64,000 nucleotides of DNA from Octopus vulgaris (taxonomy: Eukaryota): assembly GCA_951406725.2 (NCBI GenBank), contig OX597824.1:87482001-87546000 (forward strand). Direction: 5' to 3'. The translations under genes were made by a program, and so were the position numbers. Below, in pieces: positions 51,441-64,000 of this stretch. Position 1 is the first letter of the stretch. Each line of letters begins with the position of its first letter. The notes beneath the pieces are model-generated. The model did no database searches and was not told the DNA's origin. It saw only the letters and a program-made list of their open reading frames with translations.

Positions 51441-52828
51441 GTATGTCTGAACTGATTTCAATTTTTACATAAACCAGTAAAACCAAATTGTTCTTGTTCC
51501 TGGCTAATTCAGTAAATTCATCCTGTTAAAATTACATTATTGAACTTCATTGAGAATCCATGAATATTTACTTTTTTTTTTGTTAGAAACTCTTTTTCCT
51601 AAATATGTATTGCTACATAGTTCCTAAAAATTTTATAAGGGGTTTTTCTTTGGGGGGGGGGGTTCCTATGCTTCTGAAAAAATACTTCCAGCAAATTGAA
51701 ATTATAAAATTAGTATTTACATGCCGTGATTGAGAAAACCCGGCAACTAAAGTGAGATCACAGCCACGCATGTCAGGCCCTGTTAAAAGTACCCCTGATG
51801 CATCATGCAATATGATATGCTTGAGAAGGCCTGTTGAGTCAAGTACAACCAATATCATAGCTGAGGCCAGTACCCACTTACTGGCTCCTGTGCCTGTTGG
51901 CACGTAAAAATTACCCACTGCACTCTCAGAGTGGTTAGTGTTAGGAAGGGCATCCAGCTGTAAAAACATTGCCAGATCAGATTGGAGCCTAGTGCAGCTG
52001 CTGGCTCTCCAGACCTCAGTGAAACCATCCAACCCATGCCAGCATGGAAAATGGATGTTAAACGACGATGATGATGATGATTATTGAGAGAGCAGTGCAT
52101 GCCATCAAAGTGACACTGGGGTAAGATATACGAAGCCCGGTATACCCATTTTATAAGCGTACACCAGGCACATGCATCACAACCATATGTGCATGACATG
52201 GTGATCTCATATCAAGTTAAACAGCACAAGACCTTGCAGGTGGGGCCCAGTTAGAATTTTCTTCTGGTCGGGTAGCCCATCCCGCTCAAAAGGTCCCTGA
52301 ATAAGGATTGTCCGAGGATGTTGAACGAACCACCCATGTTTCCAAAGGTTAATTATCCAAACCTCTAACAATCCCTCTCAACACATGGCTATGATGTTCC
52401 CCCACTACTTCTGCTCATGATCAGAGATGCACATATCGTCAGCCACTAAGAGACATGGTCAACTGGTGAAGGTCAAACAACTGACAAGCAAATCTGAGGT
52501 ATTGAGCAGAATATTTGCTGTAGCTCATCTTTTATGATAAAGATTTTGTAAGATGGTAAGCTAGTAGCATTTTGTCTGGCTTTATGTTCTGAGTTTAAAT
52601 TCCACTGGAACCAACTTTACTGTTCACCTTTTTCAGGTGTTCATAAAACAAGTACCATTTGAGCACTAGGGTCAATGTGATCAATTTACTCCCCCTCTTC
52701 AAGATTGCTGGCCTTGTGCCAAAATTAGAATGCTTAAAGATTTTGTAATGTAAAACATTTTTCAATATCAACAAAATTTCTCCTGTGTCTAATTATTTGC
52801 TTTATTTTTTTGTTTTTCGCTTTTTAAG

Positions 52829-53081
52829 AGTATGGGTCTTCGTATAGATTTGACGCCCTATGTCAAAACCCCTAAACCTGCAAACGACAAAAATGTTGTT
52901 GAGGCACACGAGTCTAAAGTTCACAGTCCGAGTTCAAACCAAGAGGCACAGATGACTTCAGATGCTGGAGAGGGTGCAGCAGTGGCACCATCGTCTGAAG
53001 TTGCTGAAACGGCAGGGAATAGTGGCACATCCTCCTCTCCTACTGTACAGATGTCATCTCCGAATCCGTCAGGAGCAAACA
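52829..53081 (+). CDS. CABIN1: CABIN1 exon 11 (SMGLRIDLTPY... Ser/Ala-rich linker)
   Basis: ttaag acceptor, gtaaga donor, 253 nt; coincides with ORF 52832..53116; RIDL motif. Confidence 0.92.
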
Positions 53082-53309
53082 GTAAGAGTCTTCAGCTTTA
53101 TTTCTTTCACCTCTAATTATTAAGACTGTCATTTCAGTGCTTGAAGTATTACTTCTGCAGGAATCCAAGATCAGTTGCACACCATTCTGTGCTCCTTCTG
53201 GGGTACCTACACAAGTGCATGTCCCCCCGCCCATCACCACCCCCGACTTTGTTTCCTCAAGACTTCCAGAGAAATGGATGTTTTTGATGAAATTTTCTAC
53301 AAATATACT

Positions 53310-53586
53310 TTATGACTTTCGGAAACATTTTTTCACGCTAAGAGTTGCTGAAGCATGGAACAAACTGCTGGCATCAGTTGTTAGTTGTCGGAGCACTGCA
53401 TCCTTCAAAACTTCCATGCTTCCTGAGATTTGCCAACACTACACCTGATTTTCTCCCCTCCATACACACGCAAGCATGTACCTGACTCATACACTGTTCA
53501 CTTCCCAGACATTTCTACATTACTGCATATGCTTTATACACACTTTTGACAAGTTGTGGTGCATCTGAGCACTGTATACAATTATT

Positions 53587-53621
<35 letters not shown>
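53310..53621 (+). mobile_element. CR1 3' fragment, same family as 25650-26425
   Basis: DFRKHFFTLRVAEAWNKL...; near-identical 3' UTR and (ATT)n tail. Confidence 0.9.
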
Positions 53622-54120
53622 GGTCAGTTAAAGTTGAGACAGTGTCATGTGACAACTTGCTGCGGCTGCCTGCTGGAGCCTAACAGCAGGTATTTAAAGG
53701 GAAAAATTTGACAAAACAGTCAGTCGTCTGCTGACACTCGTTGATGCTACGTCGAAGAGGCCAGGGAACAGAAGAAAGAAGACCTGCACCCAACACCAGA
53801 GCTGAAGACACCTCTGAAACGGGGGGAGGGGGCACCACATCAAAACAGTAGAGGAGCAGGGGCTGGAACCGGACGTGGTTCCTCCTGATGATGTCTTGAG
53901 TTAACTGGATCCTATAAAGGAGCTGTTGTGGTAGCAGACCACGAAGCACCATTGAAATTCCTCCTTTATATTCCAATTATGTCGGAATTTGTTGTGAAAA
54001 AATGTTTCCCAGGTGTAGGGGGCGGTTTCAAAAATTCACGAGTCGACTTTGTTTCTTCATAACTTTCAGAATAATGGCTATCGTGATTGCTGATAATGAT
54101 GTTCTTCCTTCTCTGTGTAG

Positions 54121-54236
54121 ATACTCCTGAAGTTACAACGGCTATGGAAGTTGATGAAGCTGGGTCACGTAAGGTTCAGAAGCGGAAACGAAATACTGTT
54201 GTCGAAGAAGTGGCGTGTAAAAGACGTTCAGCTCGT
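54121..54236 (+). CDS. CABIN1: CABIN1 exon 12 (NTPEV...QKRKR...KRRSAR)
   Basis: tgtag acceptor; a gttggt donor is required for frame; basic NLS-like KRKR...KRRSAR. Confidence 0.9.
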
Positions 54237-54346
54237 GTTGGTATTTCATTCTACTCTGCCTTGTAATATTTCTAATTTCTGAATACGCAGCTATTTTTGT
54301 CTTGTCCTTATAAATTCAACCCTCTTTTATTTCCATTATTTGGCAG

Positions 54347-54429
54347 GTGCGTAATACCACCAGAAAAAAACAAGAGGAAAACGTAGATCTTGAAGACTTG
54401 CTCCTGAAATTTTTGCCATCCAGTTTATT
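54347..54429 (+). CDS. CABIN1: CABIN1 exon 13 (VRNTTRKKQEENVDLEDLLLKFLPSSL)
   Basis: ggcag acceptor, gtaaat donor, 83 nt; KFLPS motif. Confidence 0.92.
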
Positions 54430-54560
54430 GTAAATTTCATTTTAATTTTAATTTCTTTCTTAATATTTAAATTCTTTTTTTTTATGTAAATTGTTTTTTC
54501 AATCACTTCCTTCAGTTTTTTTATTATTTGATTTTTTGTTTTCTTTTTTCTCACTTAAAG

Positions 54561-54628
54561 AGAAGCACGAGAGGAAGATGATACCAAAGCAAAAGAACAA
54601 AGTAGTCCTCAAGGTGTTTCATCTGCTG
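54561..54628 (+). CDS. CABIN1: CABIN1 exon 14 (LEAREEDDTKAKEQSSPQGVSSA)
   Basis: taaag acceptor after a long T tract, gtaatt donor, 68 nt; EEDD acidic patch; phase fits. Confidence 0.85.
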
Positions 54629-55331
54629 GTAATTTTTAAAATTTCTTATGACTAAAAAACAGACCTTGAAATTACTGAAATGCCATATTTACCTGTGTGT
54701 GAGTCGCATCCCTAATTTAGTGTTAAATCTTTATACAAAATTTTTTTCCTACCATAGATTTAGCCTTGCCTTTTATAGAATTTGTCCCTCAGCTTTTTCT
54801 CAGTTAAAATAGTGCGATATATACACAAGTATATGTGCTTGTGCCACATAAAAAGCACTAAGTCCACTCTGCGGAGGGGTTGGTGTTACGAAGGGCATCC
54901 AGCTGTAAAATCCTGCCAAAACAGTCACAGAAGTCTGGTGCAGGGTTCTGCCTGGCCAGCTTCTATGAAACCGTCCCACCCATGCTAACATAGAAGGCAG
55001 GACATTCAATGATGACGAATGTATACCTAGGGTTTCCAGGTCTTTTCCTTTCTCAAAACAGGATTCGATTAGCTTGATGGCTATGCTGGTCTCCAGTGTC
55101 TGCTTTTGCAAATTTTCTACAGCTGGTTGCCTTTTCTAACACCAACCACTCTATAGAGTCTAAGGCCTTTTTTTTTTTTTTTTTTGTGGCACAAGCACTA
55201 GTAGAGTCACCTTAGTAACTTGCAAGGCAAGACCCTTTCACAGAATTGGTTGGTGGGTGCAATATTGAAGGAAGTTGTGTACCAAATAAATATGAAATAT
55301 ATTCAGAAATTTGTTTGGTTTTTTTTTCTAG

Positions 55332-55482
55332 CTGGTAGCAGTGAATCATCTACCCCACTGGTTTTTGAGACCGAGGAGCAGCTTGTAAAGAAATTTTTGG
55401 AAGATTGTTTGGAAAATGGTGGAATCATTGATCTCATGGGTACATATTTAGTTCAATTAGCAGATGTAGGACATTTAAAATG
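55332..55482 (+). CDS. CABIN1: CABIN1 exon 15 (AGSSES...ETEEQLVKKFLEDCLENGGIIDLM...LK)
   Basis: tctag acceptor, gtaagg donor, 151 nt; NGGI motif. Confidence 0.93.
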
Positions 55483-55957
55483 GTAAGGAATTGTTTGCAT
55501 TATTATTTTCAAGTCCCTATACTTTTCTGTATACAATGACTTCAAATAAACCTTTGTATACTAAGCCTTGAATTTCTATTTCCTCGCATTAATTTATTAT
55601 GATAATTCCTTAGCTAATTTGTTATGCTAATTTATTTACACTAATTCTTTAACAAAGACAAGGTTGAAAGAAATTGATTCAATAGATAGGCATGGCTGTG
55701 TGGTTAAGATGGATCCTGGTTCAATCCTGCACAGCATATTTGGCCAAGTGTTTTATGTATGCGTTTGTGTATATATACTCTTACATATACATTGTTGGAT
55801 AGATGGTACATTAAGGAATAGATACCTCTAGAGTATCTAGAAGGTGGTGCCCCATGTTTATAACCAGTGTTTTATAAGACACAAAATGTAAAGAAATATA
55901 AAAAAGATGTGTAAATTTTATTTTCACATAAAAACACAATAAGAAATTCTAGTGAAT

Positions 55958-56443
55958 TTAACCCTTTCGTTATTATATTTATTTTGAGATGCTCTGTGTT
56001 TCTTTCAATTACTTTAAATATAACTTAGTTATCATTAAGCTAGTGTTAGGAACATAAATTGTGACTAAGGTTTGGTGGAAGATTTTAATTCAGAACTTTT
56101 GAAAACAAGACATTTGTACTACAGGGCCAGAAGTGGTTTCAAGGTGGGTTGGTATCAAAAGGGTTAATGTGACACCATCACTAGTGCTTCTATATGGCAC
56201 CAGCACAAATGCTTTTAACCCTTTTGTTCCCATATTTCTGTCGAGATGCTCTGTGTCTCTTTCAATTAATTTTAAATATAACAAAGAATTTAGTAAAATA
56301 ACTTAGTTATCATTAAGCTAGTGTTAGGAACGTAAATTGTTACTAAGGTTTGATGGAAGATTTTAATTCAGAACTTATGAAAACAAGAGATTTGTACTCA
56401 GAGCCAAAGCCGGTTTCAACCAGGTTGGTAACGAAAGGGTTAG
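55958..56443. mobile_element. Two adjacent direct copies of a piggyBac-type MITE
   Basis: TTAACCCTTT...AAAGGGTTAA at 55958-56167 and 56215-56443. Confidence 0.78.
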
Positions 56444-57146
56444 TGTTGCATATATAGATTAAAGAATGAACTGGCAAAGTTGTTGGAGCATTGGGTAGAT
56501 TGTCTCATAGTGTTTGTTTCAGCACTGTACTCTGAGTTCAAATTCCATGCAAGTCAACTTTGTCTTTCATCCTTTTTCGAAGGAGACAGTAAATAAAGTA
56601 TCAGTCAAGGACAGTAACTGAATTGTTAGAACATCAAATGAGATGTCTTGCAATGTCTGTTCTGGTTCCTTACATGCTGGGTTCATACGACCCTTAGAGA
56701 TTCACATCCAACTATCGGTCAGGGCCAACCATTCAGCCACTAAGGTGCAGTCATCATGAACATCTTCAACAACAACCACTGGACATATTTGATGGCATAA
56801 GATACACACGGGCATATTAGACACCCCAATATGCACCTCAGTGCATATTCAGGGAATAAAGGTTTTTGTGCATTAAAATCTGTAATATAAACCCCAGTTT
56901 GCATAAATAACCTGGGGTGGTTTTTTTTTTTTTTTTTTTTTTCATGAAACTTTGTAGGGCAGGGAGTGCATCTTTTATGCCATCAAATACAGTAAACTAT
57001 ATTTAATAGAAGCTGATGAGGGAGAGGGTATCAAAGAAATGCATTCTGCTATTCCCTTGTTGACAGATTCCAATAACATTCAAAAGGATTATCTGAAAAC
57101 TATGTATTTGGATTCATATAAATTATTCTTTTATTCTGATGAACAG

Positions 57147-57224
57147 GTCTGATGAATTAGTAGACATATTCTTAAAAGTATATTCTGCTGTAAGGAAACA
57201 CTTGAAATTACCTTCTTATTTATG
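57147..57224 (+). CDS. CABIN1: CABIN1 exon 16 (WSDELVDIFLKVYSAVRKHLKLPSYL)
   Basis: aacag acceptor, gtaaga donor, 78 nt, phase 2-2. Confidence 0.9.
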
Positions 57225-57599
57225 GTAAGATATATTTTGATTGATTTTCCCCTGCCCCCATTTTTTTTTTTTTTTTTCCCCTTAGCGTCTAAGATGGGAA
57301 AAGCTAAAGAGAGATTATTATCACTCTGTTCTTCATTTTGGAACCAGCCTTTTAACATCAAAGCTGCAAACAGCAAGGCATGTTCGTATTTCTGAATGTT
57401 TTGTTATTATTGGAAACCTTGCGAAAGAGACCTTTATGTAGTTAGTCACTTGTCCTACATGAAAAAGCAGCCAAATTACCTACAAATCACACCCATCTGT
57501 ATTATGTACGTAAAGGAGGTTAGGGGGCAAAAGTAGTCCCTGAGATTTAAAAAAATAAATAAATGAAGTAGCCATGACTGGAATACTTTCGACCATAAG

Positions 57600-57924
57600 A
57601 TCATAAGCGGAAAGTGTAACCTCTCGAAAGAGCTGTTCTTCACTCCTGCTCCAGAGCGTCAGCTGCGGTGTCACTCCGCAATGCTCTATCTATGACGATT
57701 TCATCTCAATCGAAGGAGAGGGGCTTTCTCCGTCCGGGTTGCGGATCCGTGGAATAAGCTGCCGGACGAGATAGTGAAGATGCCGATGACCGCTCGGTTC
57801 AAAGTCTCTCTTGACCAGAAATGGCCTGAACTCTTTGTATGACCACTCTCCCTGTACATAACTCCCTGTCCCCCTACATGGCCTTGCTTTTGCTTTTTGA
57901 GCCAATAAAAATTGAATTGAATTG
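57600..57924 (+). mobile_element. CR1-clade LINE 3' end (second family)
   Basis: SGKCNLSKELFF...LRCHS...RRGAFSVRVADPWNKLPDEIV...FKVSLD; (AATTG)n tail. Confidence 0.85.
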
Positions 57925-58368
57925 TTTCATTAAACTGACTTTGGGCTCAACATTTACAACAATCACCAACTTTACTCTCTGGCTGGGAAAAAGATTGCTG
58001 TTATTTCTACTACTACATCATAATTTTCTCTTTATGAGACTTGCACACCATAAAGGTCAACATGGTTAGGTCTGCTCCTGCTAACTCGTCTATCATGAAA
58101 TAGGAATGGTACTGGTTTTCGGCCAGACAATGACCAGCAGGGTAACATGTTCTCATCAAATGCTTATGTAAACATTATTCCAGTACCTCCATTTTACAAC
58201 CATTATTCTATCTCTTAGTGTTATAGATTTATCAAATAAATTCATGAACAAAATGTTTTACAATAACCTGAACATTTAAAATATAATTTTTATTTTTTCC
58301 TGATTAAATATGAATTTTATTCTAAAGCCATTTTGTAGTCTCTAAACTGATTATTTATATTCCTTTAG

Positions 58369-58408
58369 CCCTGAAGAACCCGAGGACTATGTTCTAGAAA
58401 TGGGCAAA
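58369..58408 (+). CDS. CABIN1: CABIN1 exon 17 (CPEEPEDYVLEMGK)
   Basis: tttag acceptor, gtaagt donor, 40 nt; bridges phase 2 to phase 0. Confidence 0.85.
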
Positions 58409-59372
58409 GTAAGTTTTTTTTTTATTTCATATTCTTGAGTAGATTTGTTTAGCAAGGGATTTGATCCGAGAATCTGTGACACAAAATCAAGTGAATTGTG
58501 ATAATTGTTGTAGCTATGAAAAGAACAATTTTGACTTTCATCTCTCAAGTGTCCATGAAGTACCAGTTAAATACTGGGGTCAGATTCAACCAACTAACCC
58601 CACCTATCGAAATTTCAGGCCTCGTACTTGTATTAAAAGCAATATTATAGACCTACAAGAACCTTGACATAGCCTTCCTGTACACCAGTATAAATATTTG
58701 AAGCTTCTTAATGTAGTTGTTAATCCTTCACTATTTTTGTGTTAATTTGTAGTCGAGTGAACCCTTTTTAAACATGCTTGTCTGTTAACCGTTTTAAGCC
58801 TACAGTGATGATACCTCATCACTACTTATCTCACTTTCCAGTTCCACCACCACCCCTCACTCTTCTAAAAGTGTTGACTAGTCATGTAGCTTCTCTACAG
58901 CAAGAAACTGGTTCTGCTCCATCCCTTTTCTGTCACACTTCACCTATTATCTACCCTTTATTCTCCTAACATAAAGTTGCCTGCCCCAGCTCTTCGGAGC
59001 TTATAGTCTTGCAAGCTGCACGGTAACTTTACCAGTGCTGGTGCCACATAAAAGCACCCAAGTGGTTGGCATTTGGAAGGGCATCCAGCTGTAGAAACCA
59101 TATCAAAGCAGACATTGGAGCACGATGCAGTCCTTGGGCCCATCAGATCCTATCAAACTATCCAACCTTTGCCAGTGTGAAACATGGACATTAAATTATG
59201 CTGATGATGTCACCATAAAGCTGAGAACCTTAATGTAATTGATGCAATGGAAGATGAAGGAGAGGATTATCTTGGGTGGAATTAAGAACATTTTAATTCA
59301 GTGGTAGAAGAGACATAGCAACAGTGTGAATGAGAATGACATAATAAACACATCTTCTGCTTTTATTTTCAG

Positions 59373-59458
59373 ATGGTGCTTGTATGGGCTGAACTCAAGT
59401 TAGACCAATGGCTGACGAAAAAAGCAAAGATCAAAGCTCCTTTGAATTCTTCAAATAA
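59373..59458 (+). CDS. CABIN1: CABIN1 exon 18 (MVLVWAELKLDQWLTKKAK...SSN)
   Basis: ttcag acceptor, gtatgt donor, 86 nt; ELxLDQWL motif. Confidence 0.93.
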
Positions 59459-60048
59459 GTATGTATATTTTCATCACCTATTAATAACTACTTCTGAATT
59501 ATATATACCTGTATTAATATAAATTAAATTAGAGATAAAACCACTATTTGGCAAATCAAACAGTGAAAGACATAAACCAAAAAATAAAAATAGATATAAT
59601 TAATATAATATACAAAATAAATAAAATATAATTTTTAAAATTTAAATTTATATTTATAAATTTTTATGTCTTTAAAATTTTAAATTTATAAAATTTATAA
59701 TACCTGTATTATAGAAATAATTATTAATATTTTTTTTTTGCATTCTTCTGTTTAAAATCTGTAATGGAAATAGCTTGTTAGTATCTCAACTTATTTTTGA
59801 AAATGCTTGACACTCACTGAACATTTTGACGATTAATAATTGTGCCCTCAACTTATTGCCATATACGTTTGGCATTGAAAAACACACACACACGTATGAG
59901 CAACTAATGAATTGCAGAAGATCGTGGGTTGCATCATTTAATTGATATTACACTCTATACTCTCTTGACGCTACTATATACAGAAGCATAACTATATATA
60001 GAATTCTAACAACTGGTTATAGTGTTGCTATGCCTAAGAAAAATCATA

Positions 60049-60080
<32 letters not shown>

Positions 60081-60448
60081 AATGTTATAATAAAAACCAC
60101 AAATCTTATTAAATACAGCTACCCAAGGTTTCCTTGTCAAAATAAATTATTTCAACCAGGACACTCTGGGTTGCAGTATTTAACAGGATTTTGTGGTTTT
60201 CATTAAAACATTGTCTTTATTCTCTGAGCTGATCGACTGCTTTTCTACTTGTTGAAGCCTTATCACATAATAAATTTTATTTATATATATATGGATGGAT
60301 GGATGTGTGTGTATATATATAGATTGTGTGTGTGTGTGTATATATATATACATAGATGTGTGTGCGTGTATATATATATATATAGATGTGTGTGTATATA
60401 GATGTGTATGTTTGTATATATATATAGATGTGTGTGTGTGTATATAGA

Positions 60449-60480
<32 letters not shown>

Positions 60481-61019
60481 GATATATGTGTGTGTGTGTG
60501 TGTGTGTGTAATTGTCGTTATTTCGTCATCTAGTTTTCCATGCTTGCATCAGTCAGACAAGTATGTTGGGGTAGAGTTTACTATGGCCAGATACCCTTCA
60601 TGTTGCCATGCCCAACTCGTTTCCAAGTAAAGTACTAATCACCATAGTATGTGGGCAACTGGAAACAAAAGGCCTGTTCATACAGTTTTCTTTATATGAA
60701 CAAGCCTTTTGTTTACAAAGGTCGCACAGCATATTTTTGTACAGACTGCAAGTAAACAACACCCCTAGCAAAGCCATTGTTTACAGTCTGTTAACAGACA
60801 CACACATGTAAATGAGGGAATTACAAGTTCTTTCTCACATACACACGACGGGGAGCTACTTTCAGTTTCTGTCTACCGAATCCACTTATGAGGTGTCAAT
60901 CAATGTTTTGTTTCACTTTACCATATTTAGCATGTTCCTTTGTATCCAGATTTTAATTTGCAACAGCTTTAAACAGGTTATTGGGGGGGGGGGGGTGCAT
61001 AAAGCTAAAATTTGAGTAT

Positions 61020-61395
61020 ACTCTTTACTCTTTACTTGTTTCAATCATTTGGCTGCGGCCATGCTGGAGCGCCGCCTTTAATCGAGCAAATCGACCCCAG
61101 GACTTATTCTTTGTAAGCCTAGTACTTATTTTATCGGGTCTCTTTTGCTGAACCGCTAAGTTACGGGGACGTAAACACACCAGCATCGGTTGTCAAGCGA
61201 CGTTGGTGGGGGACAAAAACAGACACGTAAACATATACACACATATACACAACGGGCTTCTTTCAGTTTCCATCTACCAAATCCACTCACAAGGCTTTGG
61301 TTGGCCCGTGGCTATAGTAGAAGACACTTGCCCAAGGTGCCACGCAGTGGGACTGAACCCAGAACCATGTGGTTGGTAAGCAAGCTACTCCTGCG
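61020..61395 (-). mobile_element. SINE family A copy, antisense
   Basis: Reverse complement of the consensus, just upstream of exon 19. Confidence 0.85.
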
Positions 61396-61472
61396 TGTAT
61401 ATTCATTTTGAACTTTATAGATGTATTAGCTAATGTGATTTTCTAATTTTTTTTTTTTTTTTATCCTCAAAG

Positions 61473-61615
61473 AAATATGCAGCATCATTTTTCACTGAAC
61501 CAACTTGAAAATGGATTTCCTGGAAAATTCTTTATTGAAGATGTTTGGCATATTTTGGGACTTATTGGTTATACCAATATATTAAAAGAATTTTGGGTTG
61601 AGTACAGCATTCGAG
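61473..61615 (+). CDS. CABIN1: CABIN1 exon 19 (KNMQHH...GFPGKFFIED...FWVEYSIR)
   Basis: caaag acceptor after a T tract, gttagt donor, 143 nt; FPG motif. Confidence 0.9.
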
Positions 61616-62323
61616 GTTAGTAACTTTTGCTTGGATTTTCATTTGGATTGTTTGCTGTTGTTGTTTTTTCTTTTCTTTTTCCCTTTGTTTCTTAAAGAGG
61701 ATTGGTGACTGAAGGTTAATGGCTAGTATTGAACCAGTTGTGAGTTTCTCCAAAACATGCCATGCTACCCTCTCTTTAGCCATCATCAGTAGTAGCAACA
61801 GCATCATTTAATGTTTATGTTCCATTCTAGCATAGGTTGGATGGTTTTTTTTTTGGTTTTTTCCACCCACAAGGGGCTAAACACAGAGGAGACAAACAAG
61901 GACAGACAAAGGGACTAACTCGATTACATAAACCCCAGTGTGTAACTGGTACTTAATTTATCGACCCCGAAAGGATAAAAGGCAAAGTCGACCTTGGCGG
62001 AATTTAAACTTGGAACATAATGGCAGACGAAATACGGCTACGCATTTTGCCCAGCATGCTAACGTTTCTGCCAGCTCGCCGCATAGGTTGGATGGTTTGA
62101 CAGGATCTGATGGGTCCAAGGACTACATCATGCTCCAGTGTCTGCTTTGGCATGATTTCTACAGCTGGATGCCCTTCCCACAGCCAACCACTTTGCAGAG
62201 TGTACTATGTACTTTTTACATGGCACCAATACAGGTGCTTTTATGTTGTGCCTAGACAAGTGCTTTTTACTTGACACTGGCAGGATTATTTCTTGCATAG
62301 AACCAGCATTAGTGCTTTGTACA

Positions 62324-62850
62324 TGGCGCCAGCACAAGTGCCCCTTTCGTGACACCAGCACAAGTGCCCCTCTCGTGGCGCCAGCACAAGTGCCCCTCTC
62401 GTGGCGCCAGCACAAGTGCCCCTCTCGTGGCGCCAGCACAAGTGCCCCTCTCGTGGCGCCAGCACAAGTGCCCCTCTCGTGGCACCAGCACAAATGCCCC
62501 TCTCATGGTGCCAACACAAATGCCCCTCTCATGGTGCCAACACAAGTGCCCCTCTCATGGTGCCAACACAAATGCCCCTCACATGGCGCCAACACAAGCA
62601 CCCCTAAGATGGCTCCAGCACAAGTGCCCCTCTCATGGCGCAAGCACAAGTGCCCCTCTCATGGCACTAGCACAAGTGCCCCTCACAGGGCACCAACACA
62701 AGTGCCCCTCACATGGCACCAACACAAGTGCCCCTCACATGGGGCCAACACAAGTGCCCCTCACAGGGCACCAGCACAAGTGCCCCTAAGATGGCACCAG
62801 CACAAATGCCCCTCACATGAGTGCCCTTCACATGATGCTTGCACAAGTGT
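62324..62850 (+). repeat. 26/25-bp GC-rich minisatellite, about 20 copies
   Basis: Unit gcacaagtgcccctctcgtggcgcca, drifting to 25-bp variants. Confidence 0.92.
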
Positions 62851-63022
62851 GTGTGTGTCCATGTGGCGCTGGCACAAGTCCCCACCCAACTCTATATGGC
62901 ATCACAAGCCTGCAAGACAAAAACAGAAAAGCATAATTTACATAAATAGATTTGTGATATTGGTGGTATTCGTTTATGTTGTATCAAAAACATTTATATT
63001 CCAATATCTTTTCTTCAACCAG

Positions 63023-63093
63023 CATTTTGGCTGAAAGCAAGATTCTGTACCCTCCTGGGAGAAATAGATGAAGCATTTGACTATTTTGATAAG
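63023..63093 (+). CDS. CABIN1: CABIN1 exon 20 (AFWLKARFCTLLGEIDEAFDYFDK)
   Basis: accag acceptor, gtgagt donor, 71 nt; WLKARF motif. Confidence 0.94.
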
Positions 63094-64000
63094 GTGAGTT
63101 ATCTTTTGATCTTCACATTTGAAATTATTTGTATTTTTCAAAAGTGTTATCTCCATGACCGTAGGAAGATATAACGCCAATGCTTCTGTTTTAACCGTTT
63201 AGTGTTCAGATTACTCTGTTAAATGTAATACTTTTTTTCACTCAAATTGTTTTGAATTAATCACACATTATCTTAAAGCTTTGAAGTTTCAGTGGTGTGA
63301 TAGTTTATTCTTAGAATGTCAATGTAGGTTAGGTGTGAGGGGCTAGATATGGCCAGTTTGAATGTAATACATGTTGGATATTTGGGCCGGATATGGCCGG
63401 CTTAAACACCAAAAGGTTAAATGTTACAGAAGCCAGTCATTAATCAGTTATACTTTTTACCATACATGTGTTTCTGTCATTGATCTACGGCCATGCTGAA
63501 GCACTGCCTTGAAGGGTTTAGTCAAAGAAATTGATCCCAGGACTTCTTTCATACGTCTAGTTATTATTCTGTTAGTCAATTATTCTTTGCTAAACCACTA
63601 AGTTATGGGGATGTTAACAAACCAACACCAGTTATCAAGTAGTAGCAGGGAACAAACACGATGTCACTCACATATACAATGGATTCTACATAGTTTTTGT
63701 CCACTAAATTCACTAACAAGGCATTGGTCAGCCCAGGGCTAGAGTAAAAGACACTTTTCCCAGGTGCCACTCATTGGGACTGAACCCAAGACTGTGTGGT
63801 TGTATAGTGAGCTAATTAACCGCACAGCCATGTCGCTTGTTAAATGACAGCTCCTCTTTGTAAATTGTACAGTCAGAAAGTGAAAAAGACCCCCGTTGGT
63901 CATGAATGACCATAGGTTTGCACCTAGAAAGTTCCTCTCTGAGGCACAAGTCCGAGCAAAGTTGTTTATAGAAGACTAGCAGTCACGCATTCATACCAGC

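Larger units (their letters stand above)
34544..63093 (+). other. CABIN1: CABIN1 (calcineurin-binding protein cabin-1, HIRA complex subunit) gene span, 5' portion; continues beyond the window
   Basis: Manual splicing of 20 GT-AG exons gives one open frame of about 653 aa: MIRISALND...TKEAQESEAYTVYNQAL...HPGLQMLYSTYKNLA...WYKIG...HWPCMDHLITALY...KRRSARVRNT...KFLPS...NGGIIDLM...ELKLDQWL...FWLKARF. This matches the remembered human cabin-1 N-terminal TPR region. Confidence 0.95.

Noticed and set aside
62207-63034. 275-aa repetitive ORF (and CRISPR-like 26-bp repeats)
   Set aside because: Read-through of an intronic minisatellite with non-triplet period; open in several frames; no spacers.

Overview
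AT-rich, microsatellite- and SINE-saturated animal genomic DNA. The repeat families resemble those of octopus, so a cephalopod origin is inferred but not proven. The right half (34544 to beyond 64000, + strand) holds the first 20 coding exons (about 653 aa, all phases compatible, all introns GT-AG) of a calcineurin-binding protein cabin-1 (CABIN1) orthologue, which runs off the window end. The left 34 kb has no recognisable host gene. It is built from tRNA-derived SINEs, CR1, RTE and R4/Dong-like LINE fragments, non-autonomous Helitrons, hAT, mariner, piggyBac-type and other MITEs, palindromes and simple repeats. Nearly all ORFs in the supplied track are microsatellite or SINE artefacts. The most notable observations are: (i) several minimal type-I hammerhead ribozyme motifs, including a short element that joins a Pol III tRNA-like head to a hammerhead and sits as a 5'-inverted insertion with a 12-bp target duplication; (ii) a 14 x 34-bp array grown from the 5' truncation point of a CR1 LINE; (iii) long hairpins and inverted SINE pairs in CABIN1 introns, which are candidate dsRNA/ADAR substrates; (iv) an Ig-switch-like GAGCT/GGGCT tract and a foldback structure upstream of the CABIN1 start.
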